From: an uncultured Phycisphaerales bacterium
Lineage (GTDB): Bacteria; Planctomycetota; B15-G4
Length of the DNA stretch: 64,000 nt
Assembly (NCBI GenBank): GCA_964490005.1
Contig: CAZBBB010000007.1
Span: forward strand, 842-64,841
Direction: 5' to 3'
The notes under the pieces were generated by a model that saw nothing but the letters and a program-made list of their open reading frames with translations, was not told the DNA's origin and searched no databases. How positions within the stretch are numbered: position 1 is the first letter of the stretch; every line of letters starts with the position of its first letter. The position numbers and the translations under genes are program-made. Positions 52,412 through 61,161 of the stretch are shown here, in pieces.

Positions 52412-53875
52412 TCAGGTCTCGCCGGGCGCCGAGTGCAGGTAGACCGTCTTCCACTCCGAGTAGACGTCGAGCGCCTCGGTGCCGGCCTCGCGCGTGCCGT
52501 TGCCCGACAGGCCGAGGCCGCCGAAGGGCAGGTGCGGCTCGCTGCCGTAGGTCGCGCCGTTCACCGAGACGACGCCGGTGCGGACGCGATTCATGAACAC
52601 GAGCGCGCGGTTCACGTCGCGCGTGTGGATGGCGGCCGTGAGGCCGAAGGGCGAATCGTTGGCCAGCGCGAGCGCGGCCTCGAAGTCGGGCACGCGGTGC
52701 AGCACGGTGATCGGGCCGAACAGCTCGCAGGCGGAGAGCGGGTCGCCCGGCGGCAGCTCCTCGAGCACGGTGGGCGCCATGTAGCAGCCGGCGGCGCGGC
52801 CCGCATCCGTCAGGCGCGTGCCGCCGATCGCGACGCGCGCTCCGCGGCCCGTCGCGGCCTGCACGGACTGCAGCATCGCGCGCAGTTGCGTCTCGTTGAT
52901 CACCGGCCCGAGGTCGTCCTCGTCGAAGGGGCCCACGCGCAGCGCGCGCGTGCGCTCGAGCAGCGCCCGGCGGAAGGGTTCGTACACGGACTCGAACACG
53001 ATCAGCCGGCTGGCCGCGGCGCAGCGCTGGCCGGCGTTGCTGAAGGCCGAGAGCACGGCGACGTCGGCGGCGCGCTCGAGTTCGGCGTCGTCGCAGACCA
53101 CGAGCGCGTTCTTGCCGCCGAGTTCGAGGCAGGTGCGCGCCAGGCGCCGGCCGGCGGCGACCGCGATGCCGCGCCCGACCTCGGCCGAACCGGTGAAGCT
53201 GACGAGGTCGACGCCGGCGTGCTCGACGAGCGGCGCGCCGGCCTCCGGGCCGAGCCCGTGCAGCGTGTTGAGCACGCCGGCCGGCAGGCCGGCCTCGTGG
53301 AGCAGCCGGCCGAACAGCGCCGCCGTGGCGGGGGCGTCCTCGCTCGACTTGAGCACGGCGGCGTTGCCGCAGAGCAGCGCCGGAAAGGCCTTCCAGGCGA
53401 CGTTCGCGATCGGCGTGTTCGCGGGCACGATCAGCCCCGCGACGCCGACCGGCTGACGCAGCGTGAGCGCCTGGCGGTGGGGCACGGCGCTCGTCGTCGT
53501 GCGGCCGTAGAGCCGGCGACCCTCGCCCGCCACGAACAGGCCCATCTCGATCGCGGCCGAGGTCTCGCCGCGCGCGTCCTTCAGGGACTTGCCGGTCTCG
53601 AGGTGCACGACGCGCGCGACGTCCTCGAGGCGCTCGCGCAGGGCCAGCGCGCCCGCCCGCAGCAGATCGCCGCGCTCGACCGCCGTGCGGGCCGCCCAGG
53701 CCGGCTGCGCCGCGCGGGCGGAGGCCACCGCCGCCGCCACGTCGGCCGCGCGCGAGCGCGCCGCCGTGCACAGTTCGCGTCCGTCGACCGGGGACTGCTT
53801 GGGAAAGCGCTCGCCGTCGGCCGCCGGCCGCTCGCGGCCGGCGATGACGTTGTCGATCCGCGCCGGGATCACCAT
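52412..53875 (-). CDS. NAD(P)-dependent aldehyde dehydrogenase
   Basis: 487 aa. Catalytic Glu context LELGGKNA and Cys context NAGQRCAAAS. ATG at 53875 overlaps the SDR stop by 7 nt. Confidence 0.92.
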   Translation of the reverse strand: MVIPARIDNVIAGRERPAADGERFPKQSPVDGRELCTAARSRAADVAAAVASARAAQPAWAARTAVERGDLLRAGALALRERLEDVARVVHLETGKSLKDARGETSAAIEMGLFVAGEGRRLYGRTTTSAVPHRQALTLRQPVGVAGLIVPANTPIANVAWKAFPALLCGNAAVLKSSEDAPATAALFGRLLHEAGLPAGVLNTLHGLGPEAGAPLVEHAGVDLVSFTGSAEVGRGIAVAAGRRLARTCLELGGKNALVVCDDAELERAADVAVLSAFSNAGQRCAAASRLIVFESVYEPFRRALLERTRALRVGPFDEDDLGPVINETQLRAMLQSVQAATGRGARVAIGGTRLTDAGRAAGCYMAPTVLEELPPGDPLSACELFGPITVLHRVPDFEAALALANDSPFGLTAAIHTRDVNRALVFMNRVRTGVVSVNGATYGSEPHLPFGGLGLSGNGTREAGTEALDVYSEWKTVYLHSAPGET

Positions 53876-54678
53876 GCCGTGTACCCGCCGTCGACGCGCA
53901 GTTCGATGCCGGTGACGTAGCGCGCGGCGCGCGACGCGAGGAAGACCAGCGGGCCGCCGAGTTCGTCCTCCTGCGCGAGCCGTCCGAGCGGGACGTGCGC
54001 GCCGTAGCGGGCCTTGAAGCGCTCGTCCTGCCCGCCGAGCACGCCGCCCGGGGACAGCGCGTTGACGCGCACGCCGTGCGCGCCCCAGTGCGCCGCCAGA
54101 TAGCGCGTGAAGCCGAGGACGGCCGACTTCGAGGCGCCGTAGGCCAGCGGCTTGACGAAGGGCGGATCGCGGTCGAGATGCTCGTAGTAGCGCGGGTCGG
54201 GCGCGCGCGAGGCGTAGACCGAACCGATGTTCACGATCGAGCCGCGACCGGCGCGACACATCGGTCCGCCGAAGACCTGGCTGCACGTGACGGTGCCCAC
54301 CAGGTTGACGTCGAGGATCTGGCGCGTGAGTTCGGCGGGGAAGTCCTCGATGGCCCACGTGGGGGCGCCGGGTGCGGGCGGCTGGTCGATGCCGGCGTTG
54401 TTCACCAGGATCGAGGCCGGGCCCAGCTCGCGCGCCGCGAGGTCGCGCGCGGCGCGCAGCGCGTCGGCGTCGCGGACGTCGGCCTCGAGCCGGAGCAGCG
54501 CCTCGCCGTGCCGGTCGGCCAGCGCCTGGAAGCGCGCGTCGGGCGCGACGCCGGGCCGGTCGAGCGCGAGCACGCGCGCGCCGGCCGCGGTCAGCGCCTC
54601 GACCCAGACGGGCCCCAGACGCCCGAGCGCTCCGGTGACGACGGCCGACTCCCCGTCGAGCGAGAAGTCGGGCCTCAT
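53869..54678 (-). CDS. short-chain dehydrogenase/reductase (SDR)
   Basis: VVTGALGRLG cofactor motif, NNAG, and the catalytic S...YGASK. The ATG overlaps the NeuB-like stop (ATGA). Confidence 0.92.
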   Translation of the reverse strand: MRPDFSLDGESAVVTGALGRLGPVWVEALTAAGARVLALDRPGVAPDARFQALADRHGEALLRLEADVRDADALRAARDLAARELGPASILVNNAGIDQPPAPGAPTWAIEDFPAELTRQILDVNLVGTVTCSQVFGGPMCRAGRGSIVNIGSVYASRAPDPRYYEHLDRDPPFVKPLAYGASKSAVLGFTRYLAAHWGAHGVRVNALSPGGVLGGQDERFKARYGAHVPLGRLAQEDELGGPLVFLASRAARYVTGIELRVDGGYTAW

Positions 54679-55775
54679 GGGGCCGGATCGGCGGCCCGTG
54701 CGCGCGGCGTCTCCGCCGCGGCGAGCGGCTCGAGGTGCCCGAGCGCGAGCGGCACCTCGACGTCGAGCGCGACGCGCAGCGCGCGTCCGAGCACCGCGCC
54801 GAGTTCGGCGGGCGGCACGCCGCCCCCGGGCGACTTGATGCGCAGGTCGCCCTCGGCGAGCACGTGGCCGACCGGCAGCGCACGCGCGGTGTACAGGCTC
54901 TTGCCCATCTTGCGTCGGGCCTCGGCCTCGATCGGCAGCACGCGCTTGACGCCGTCGCCGAGCGCGACGCGCGCGCGCTCGAGGTCCCGCACCATCTTGC
55001 GCAGACCGGCGGGCTCGAGCGAGAAGGCGTGGTCGGTGCCCTTCATGGCGCGATTGAGCGTGAAGTGCTTCTCGATCACGCGCGCGCCCAGGACGTAGGC
55101 CGCGACGGCCATGGCGATGCCGCTGTCGTGCATCGAGGCGCCGATGACGGCGCCCGGCAGTTCGCGGCGGTAGCTGTCGATGACGTTCAGGTTGAGGTCG
55201 GAGAACTCGTTCGGGTAGCTGGCCGTGCACTGCAGCAGCGCCAGCTGCGGGTTGATCGGCATGATCGTGTCGTGCGCGCGCCGCACGTCGAGCATCGCGG
55301 CCGCGCCCGTGCTCACGATCATCGGCTTGCCGATGCGCGCCACGTGCCGCAGGAGCGGCAGGTTCGTCAGGTCGCCCGAGGCGATCTTGACGGCCGGAAC
55401 GTCGAGTTCGGCCAGGAAGTCGGCGCTCTCGAAGTCGAAGGCCGTCGCGAAGAAGGCCAGGCCGAGTTCGTCGCAGCGGCGTCGCAGCACGAGGTACTCG
55501 TCGCGGCCGAACTCCAGGAACTCGCGATGCTGACCGTAGGTGCGGCCGAAGGAGTTCTCGCTCTCGTAGGGCCGATCGTACATCTCCCGCGTGTAGAGCG
55601 AGCGGTTGTCCCGCTTCTGCAGCTTGACCGCGTGCGCCCCGGCCTCGTGCGCCGCCTCGACCAGCTTGAGCGCCGTCTCGAGACTGCCCTGGTGATTGTG
55701 GCCGACCTCGGCGATGACGTAGCAGGGTGCGTCGTCACGCACGGTGACGCCGCCGATCACGATCTCTCGGTTCAA
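54675..55775 (-). CDS. NeuB-family ulosonic (sialic-acid-type) acid synthase with a C-terminal SAF domain
   Basis: YVIAEVGHNHQG, AVKLQKR, KIASGD, IVSTG and EKHFT motifs plus a SAF-like tail. TTG at 55775 (GGAG 9 nt upstream) leaves 18 aa before IAEVG. The track start at 55871 adds Arg-rich junk. Confidence 0.9.
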   Translation of the reverse strand: MNREIVIGGVTVRDDAPCYVIAEVGHNHQGSLETALKLVEAAHEAGAHAVKLQKRDNRSLYTREMYDRPYESENSFGRTYGQHREFLEFGRDEYLVLRRRCDELGLAFFATAFDFESADFLAELDVPAVKIASGDLTNLPLLRHVARIGKPMIVSTGAAAMLDVRRAHDTIMPINPQLALLQCTASYPNEFSDLNLNVIDSYRRELPGAVIGASMHDSGIAMAVAAYVLGARVIEKHFTLNRAMKGTDHAFSLEPAGLRKMVRDLERARVALGDGVKRVLPIEAEARRKMGKSLYTARALPVGHVLAEGDLRIKSPGGGVPPAELGAVLGRALRVALDVEVPLALGHLEPLAAAETPRARAADPAP

Positions 55776-55917
55776 GGTTCGCTGCTCCCGCCGCTCTCGA
55801 TGCGCTGGCCCGCCGGCCGCGCCGGGCGCCCGCTCCGGCCGACGCCGGAACGCGGGCGCAGAGTATACCAACGCGCCGAACGGCGGCGGAGCGGAGCGGA
55901 CGCTCGCGGCGCCCTGC

Positions 55918-56667
55918 TCAGTGCGCCGCGCGGCGATGGATCAGGTTGAGGATGCGCGTGCCCTTGACCAGGCGCGGCGCGTTGCCCGGCACGCCGTCGT
56001 CGCGCTGCAGGCCGGCCGCGCTCAGCACGCGTCCGATCTCCGCGACCTCGTCCGCGTCGTCGAGGTCGACCTCGACGAGCACCGAGCGCAGCTCCGGCGC
56101 CGCGAAGGTGCGGGCGCCGCCGCGCACGACGGCCGTCTCGAGGCCGTCGACGTCGATCTTGACGTGCTGCGGCGCGGGCAGCCCGTACTGCTCGCGCAAC
56201 GCGTCGATGCTCAGCGCGAGCGCCCCCTGCTGCCAGGCCGGCACGAAGGTCTCGCGCTTGAAGTCGACGGCGCTCCCGAACACGTGCAGCGAGCCGCCGA
56301 CGCGGTTGTCGCGCATGCGCAGCGTGTCGATGCGGCAGCGCTCGTCGAGCGCGAGGGGCAGGGCCCGCACCCGGGCGTCGAGGCCGTTGCGGAGGATGTT
56401 GCAGTTGAGGCCGTGGAAGTTGGCCGCTCCGGGCTCGAAGGCCCAGACGGTGCAGTCGCGCGCCACGGCGGCGTAGAGCGCGTAGGTGCCGACGTTGGCG
56501 CCGATGTCCCACAGCACCTCGCCCGGCCGGAAGCCGTCGATCCAGGCGATCGTGCCCGGCTCCTTGTCGAAGAGCGTCTCGGCGCGCCGGCGCGCGAGTT
56601 CGGTGGGGCACTCGAAGGCCAGCGTCCGGCCGGCGATGCGGTGCGTCACGATGGGGGGCTCGTCCAC
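55918..56667 (-). CDS. FkbM-family methyltransferase
   Basis: VLWDIGANVGTYALYAA...VWAFEP pattern typical of FkbM-type SAM methyltransferases. GTG start. Confidence 0.85.
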   Translation of the reverse strand: MDEPPIVTHRIAGRTLAFECPTELARRRAETLFDKEPGTIAWIDGFRPGEVLWDIGANVGTYALYAAVARDCTVWAFEPGAANFHGLNCNILRNGLDARVRALPLALDERCRIDTLRMRDNRVGGSLHVFGSAVDFKRETFVPAWQQGALALSIDALREQYGLPAPQHVKIDVDGLETAVVRGGARTFAAPELRSVLVEVDLDDADEVAEIGRVLSAAGLQRDDGVPGNAPRLVKGTRILNLIHRRAAH

Positions 56668-56840
56668 CTCGGCCTCGATCCTCCGTGCGCGGCGCGCGAG
56701 CGGCCCGCGCGCGCACCGCGCGCGACGCGTGGGCCGTGCATCCTGCGCTTCGCCGCGCGACGCGTCCAGATCGGCCGGCGCGGGAAGCGCGCAGGCGCCT
56801 GGTAGACTCGCGACGCCGAGCCAGGGGATCCTGCACCGCG

Positions 56841-57974
56841 GTGAGCACGCAGAACGACGCCCGCTTCCTGTTCCTCGCCGGCGGGCCGCGAACCGGGACG
56901 AGCATGCTCGTCCGGCACTTCGACGCGCACCCCGACCTGCTCGTGTTCCCGATCGAGGTCTCGCTCCTCCGCGACGTGGCGCGCACCGGCGACTGCGCCG
57001 AGGCCGCGCGCGAGTACCGCGCGCCCGCCGGCAGCGCCCGCAAGGAGCTGTTCTTCATCGAGCGCGCCCGGCTCGAGGCCTATGTCGGTCGACTGCAGGC
57101 CGAGGGGCTCGACCGCGCCGACCTGTACCGTCAGGTCGACGGCGCGCGCTTCGCGGAGGCGCTCGCGGCGGCCCTGCGCGCGCCGGGCCCGGAGGGCCCC
57201 GGCAAGCTGCTGCTCGCGCTGGGCGCGGCGCTCTCGGCCGGACATCCCGCCGCCGGGCCGCCGCCCTCGGCCGGGCGCGCGCTGGCGCTCAAGCTGCCGT
57301 TCTACGCGGAGATGGCGGCGCCCGCGCTGGCCGCGGCGCTCCCCGGCGCCCGCTTCGTGCACCTGCTGCGCGAGCCGCTGCCGCGCTACGTCTCGAGCAA
57401 GGCGCGCCGCCTGCGCACGCGCGGCGGGCGCGTCGGGGCGGTCGGGACCGTCGACTACACGACCTTCCAGATCGAGCTCGGGATCGCCTCGCGCGTGCTC
57501 GCCGAGGACAACGCGCGGCGCCTCGGGTCGCGCTACGTGCACGTGCGCTTCGAGGACCTCGTCGCCGACTCCGAACGCGCGCTGCGCGGCTTGTGCGCCG
57601 CGCTCGGCCTCCGCTACGATCCCGTGCTGCTCGCGCAGACGGCCTTCGGGCAGGAGCAGCGCGTCCCCTCCTCCCACGGGTTCATCGACCATGAGCCTGA
57701 GCGCGATGCGGCACGCCGACAGGCCGCGACGTTGCGGATCACGAACGCCGACGAGCGCGAATACGTCTCGGCGCGCTGCGAGGCGGCCTTCGGCGCGCCC
57801 GACCCCGAGCGCCTGGCCGCGCTCATGCGCCGGCGCATGGCGCACGAGGACGACGAGGCCGCCGAACTGCGCCGCGCCGCGGCCGGGCGCCTGCAGGTCG
57901 AGGCGCTGTCGGCGCGCGCGACCTGCGAGCGCGTGCTCGCCGCGCTGCGCGACAAGCCGCTGCCGCTGATCTGA
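56841..57974 (+). CDS. sulfotransferase-family protein
   Basis: GTG 56841. 5'-PSB-like FLFLAGGPRTGTSML and 3'-PB-like RFVHLLREPLPRYVS. The track start (56685) adds Arg-rich sequence. Confidence 0.75.
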   Translation: MSTQNDARFLFLAGGPRTGTSMLVRHFDAHPDLLVFPIEVSLLRDVARTGDCAEAAREYRAPAGSARKELFFIERARLEAYVGRLQAEGLDRADLYRQVDGARFAEALAAALRAPGPEGPGKLLLALGAALSAGHPAAGPPPSAGRALALKLPFYAEMAAPALAAALPGARFVHLLREPLPRYVSSKARRLRTRGGRVGAVGTVDYTTFQIELGIASRVLAEDNARRLGSRYVHVRFEDLVADSERALRGLCAALGLRYDPVLLAQTAFGQEQRVPSSHGFIDHEPERDAARRQAATLRITNADEREYVSARCEAAFGAPDPERLAALMRRRMAHEDDEAAELRRAAAGRLQVEALSARATCERVLAALRDKPLPLI

Positions 57975-57985
57975 GCCGACGCACC

Positions 57986-59146
57986 GTGCGCATCCTGCAT
58001 CTCTTCGCCAACTGGAAGTGGACCGGCCCGGCCGAGCCGGCGCTCAACGTCGCCTGGCGGCAGGCGCGCGCGCACGAGGTGCGCTTCCTGAGCGGCACGC
58101 CGCCCGAGGGGCAGACCTCGCGCATCGAACCGCAGGCGCAGGCGCGTGGCGTGCCGACCGAGGGCGGCTACTACCTGGGCAAGCACGCCCGGCTGCGCCG
58201 CAACCGGCACGACGCGCGCCGCCTGGCCGAATTGCTGCGCTCGTTCCGGCCCGAGATCGTGCACTGCCATCTCGACAACGACCACCGCATCGCGTCGATG
58301 GCGGTCGCGCGCACCGGCATCGGCCGGCTCGTCCGCACGGCCTACGACGTGGAGGGCCTGCGCTCGACGCTGCGGCTGCGGCGCGTCGCGCGGCGGGCGC
58401 TCGCGGGCCTCATCGTCAGCACGCGCGCCGGCCGCGAGGCGACGCTGGCGGCCTGGGGCGGCTCGGAGCGCTCGATCTCGGTGGGCGCGCGCGTGTGCCC
58501 GATGACGCTCGTCGAGGGCGCGATCGACCTGGCGCGCTTCGACCCCGAACGCTTCGACCGCGCCGCGACGCGCGCGCGTCTGGGCCTGCAGCCGGACGAC
58601 GTGGCCGTCGGCATCGTCGCCCGCGTGCAGGCGCACCGCCGCTTCGAGATCCTGCTCGAGGCGCACGAGCGCGTCGCGAAGCTCGACCCGCGGCTCAAGC
58701 TCGTCGTCATCGGCCGCGGCACGCAGATCGGCCCGCTGCTGCTGCGCCCGATCGAGGCGCGCGGGCTGCAGGGCAGCGTACTCACCACGGGCTACCTCGC
58801 GGGCGACGCCTATCCCGAGGCGCTGGCCGCGCTCGACGCCTGCCTGTTCCTCGTGCCGGGCAGCGACGGGACCTGCCGCGCGCTGCGCGAACTGCAGGCC
58901 ATGGGGCTGGCCGCGATCGTGACGCCGCGGCCGCCGCTGCCCGAGATCGTCGAAGAGGGCAGCAGCGGCCTGGTCGTGGCCGAGTCGGCCGCGGGGCTCG
59001 CCGACGGGCTGTCGCGGCTGGTCGCCGGGCAGGCGCTGCGCGAACGCCTGCGCCGGGGCGCCCTCGACTCGGCGCGCCGGCGCTTCGATCTCGACGAGCA
59101 GGCCCGGCGCATCGAGGCCTTCTACGCGCAGGTGCTGGCGGGCTGA
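57986..59146 (+). CDS. GT-B-fold (family 4-like) glycosyltransferase
   Basis: N-terminal MRILHLFANWKWTGPAEP and a C-terminal GT4-like half (VGIVARV...LKLVVIG...). The EX7E region is divergent. Confidence 0.8.
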   Translation: MRILHLFANWKWTGPAEPALNVAWRQARAHEVRFLSGTPPEGQTSRIEPQAQARGVPTEGGYYLGKHARLRRNRHDARRLAELLRSFRPEIVHCHLDNDHRIASMAVARTGIGRLVRTAYDVEGLRSTLRLRRVARRALAGLIVSTRAGREATLAAWGGSERSISVGARVCPMTLVEGAIDLARFDPERFDRAATRARLGLQPDDVAVGIVARVQAHRRFEILLEAHERVAKLDPRLKLVVIGRGTQIGPLLLRPIEARGLQGSVLTTGYLAGDAYPEALAALDACLFLVPGSDGTCRALRELQAMGLAAIVTPRPPLPEIVEEGSSGLVVAESAAGLADGLSRLVAGQALRERLRRGALDSARRRFDLDEQARRIEAFYAQVLAG

Positions 59147-59149
59147 GCC

Positions 59150-60340
59150 TCAGCCGGCGCGCTCGACGAGCGCGACGGCCCGCACCTCGATCGCCGCCCC
59201 CTCGCCGACGGGGCCGAGCCGCTCGAAGGTCTTGCCCTTCACGGCGACCTGGCCCGGCTCGAGCCCGAGCGCGTCCGCGATCGAGGCCCCCAGACGCGCG
59301 CGCAGCGGCGCGATCTTCGGCGCCTCCGCCAGCACGATCGCGTCGACGTTGAGCACGCGCACGCCGGCCGCGGCGAGGCGGCCGGCCACGTCGCGCGCCA
59401 TGGCGAGGCTCGACGCGCCCGCATGGCGCGGGTCGGAGTCGGGGTAGAGCGAACCGAGGTCGGGCAGCCCGGCCGCCGACAGCAGCGCGTCGAGGATCGC
59501 GTGCAGCAGCACGTCGCCGTCCGAGTGCGCCACCAAGCCGCGCTCGTCCGGCAGCGTGAGGCCGCCGAGCACGAGCGGTCGCTGCGCGCCCGTGCGGTGC
59601 ACGTCGAATCCCAGACCGACGGCCAGTCGTCCCATGGGGCGGTCTCCCGTGCCGGAACCGGCCTGCAGCGTCGCCTGCGCGAGCGCCAGGTCCGCCGGCG
59701 TCGTGATCTTGAAGTTGCGGGCCGAGCCGGGCACGCAGGCGATCGGCGCCCCGTCGGCCTCGTACAGCGCCGCCTCGTCGGTGACGGTGCGGCCTTCGGC
59801 CTGAGCGCGCTGCAGGCGCTCGAGCAGTTCGCGCCGACGGAAGGCCTGCGGCGTCTGCGCCGCGTGCAGCGCCTCGCGCGGGAGCGTGGTCTCGACGCGC
59901 GCGCCGCGCACCTGCTTGATCGTGTCGGCGAGCGGTTGCGTGAGCAGCGCGGCGCCGTGCGCGGCCGCCGCGTCCGCCAGCGCGGCCAGCGCGTCGACCG
60001 GCACGAAGGGCCGCGCCGCGTCGTGCACGAGCACGATCGGCGGAGCGTCGTCGCCGAGCGCGCGCAGGCCGGCCTGCACCGAGTCCTGCCGGCGCGCGCC
60101 GCCCGCGACGAGCGACACGGGCCGCGGCCAGTGCGCCGCGAGCGCCTCGACCTCGGCGCGGTCCTCGGCGTGGACCACGAGCACCACCGGGTCGAGCCAC
60201 GGCAGCTTCAGCAGCCGCAGCAGCGCGTGCTCGAGCAGCGGCCGCCCGCCGAGCCGCACGAGCGCCTTGTGCCGCGCGGCGCCCAGCCGCGACCCGGTGC
60301 CGGCCGCGACGATCACCAGGCCCGCGCGTTCAGTCGGCAT
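59150..60340 (-). CDS. ispDF: bifunctional 2-C-methyl-D-erythritol 4-phosphate cytidylyltransferase / MEcPP synthase
   Basis: IspD part (VIVAAGTGSRLG...VLVHDAARPF...TPQAF) fused to an IspF part (GLGFDVHR...AHSDGDVLLHA...). 396 aa. Confidence 0.95.
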   Translation of the reverse strand: MPTERAGLVIVAAGTGSRLGAARHKALVRLGGRPLLEHALLRLLKLPWLDPVVLVVHAEDRAEVEALAAHWPRPVSLVAGGARRQDSVQAGLRALGDDAPPIVLVHDAARPFVPVDALAALADAAAAHGAALLTQPLADTIKQVRGARVETTLPREALHAAQTPQAFRRRELLERLQRAQAEGRTVTDEAALYEADGAPIACVPGSARNFKITTPADLALAQATLQAGSGTGDRPMGRLAVGLGFDVHRTGAQRPLVLGGLTLPDERGLVAHSDGDVLLHAILDALLSAAGLPDLGSLYPDSDPRHAGASSLAMARDVAGRLAAAGVRVLNVDAIVLAEAPKIAPLRARLGASIADALGLEPGQVAVKGKTFERLGPVGEGAAIEVRAVALVERAG

Positions 60341-60375
60341 GCGGACCGGCCTGCGTCGGGCTGTAGGATGAGGCC

Positions 60376-60975
60376 ATGCTCGTTCTCGGCATCGACCCCG
60401 GCAGCCGCGTCACGGGCTGGGGGCTCGTGGCTCGCGAGGGTAGCCGATGGGTGCTGAGAGACTGCGGCCTGATCCGGCTGCCGGCGGGCGCGGCCCTGCA
60501 CGAGCGCCTCGCGCAGCTGCATGCGGCCATCGCCGAACTGTGCGCCCGCCACCGCCCGGAGGCGGCGGCCATCGAGGCGGTCTTCCACGGCGTGAACACG
60601 CGCTCGCTGGTGACGCTCGGCCAGGCGCGCGGCGCCGCGATGGCGGCGGTCGGCGCCTGCCGTCTGCCGCTCACCGAACTCTCGCCGGCCGAGATCAAGA
60701 AGGCCGTCACGGGCCGCGGTCAGGCGAGCAAGGAACAGGTCGCGCAGATGGTCGGCGTGCTGCTCGGCCCGCAGGCCCGCGCGCGGCTCGCGCAACTCGG
60801 GCGCCTCGATGCCTCCGACGCCCTGGCCGTCGCGCTCGCGGCCCTTCATCGCGGCGCCTTCGCCGGCAAGCTCGCCGAAGCGCAGGCGCGCGGGTCAAAT
60901 CATTCAGCCGAGGATCTTTCGGGAAAGGGGGAGGAGGTTTTTACGCGCGGGTGTCGCACAACCTCGGCTGAATGA
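60376..60975 (+). CDS. ruvC: crossover junction endodeoxyribonuclease RuvC
   Basis: LGIDPGSRVTGWG, IEAVF and DASDALAVAL catalytic motifs. The C-terminal tail of about 40 aa is unusually long and coincides with an AT-richer inverted repeat. Confidence 0.92.
   Translation: MLVLGIDPGSRVTGWGLVAREGSRWVLRDCGLIRLPAGAALHERLAQLHAAIAELCARHRPEAAAIEAVFHGVNTRSLVTLGQARGAAMAAVGACRLPLTELSPAEIKKAVTGRGQASKEQVAQMVGVLLGPQARARLAQLGRLDASDALAVALAALHRGAFAGKLAEAQARGSNHSAEDLSGKGEEVFTRGCRTTSAE
60900..60975. repeat. perfect 14-bp inverted repeat spanning the last 25 codons and stop of ruvC
   Basis: TCATTCAGCCGAGG (60900-60913) and CCTCGGCTGAATGA (60962-60975), separated by 48 nt of lower-GC sequence containing GGGGGAGGAGGTTTTT. 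Confidence 0.9.
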
Positions 60976-61161
60976 CGGTTTGACAACCGTTCGGCCGTTG
61001 GGCTGGCTCCTCGTCGTGGCGGCCCATTCGGGCAGTCAGGGACGCTCGTTTCTCGGGGCCCGACCGAACGGCCCGTAGACTAGCGCAGCCCGCCGATCCT
61101 TGCACGCCGGCGAGAAAAGCTTTTCGCGCCTTCCGCCGCCGCGTCGCAGGGCGCGGCCGCC

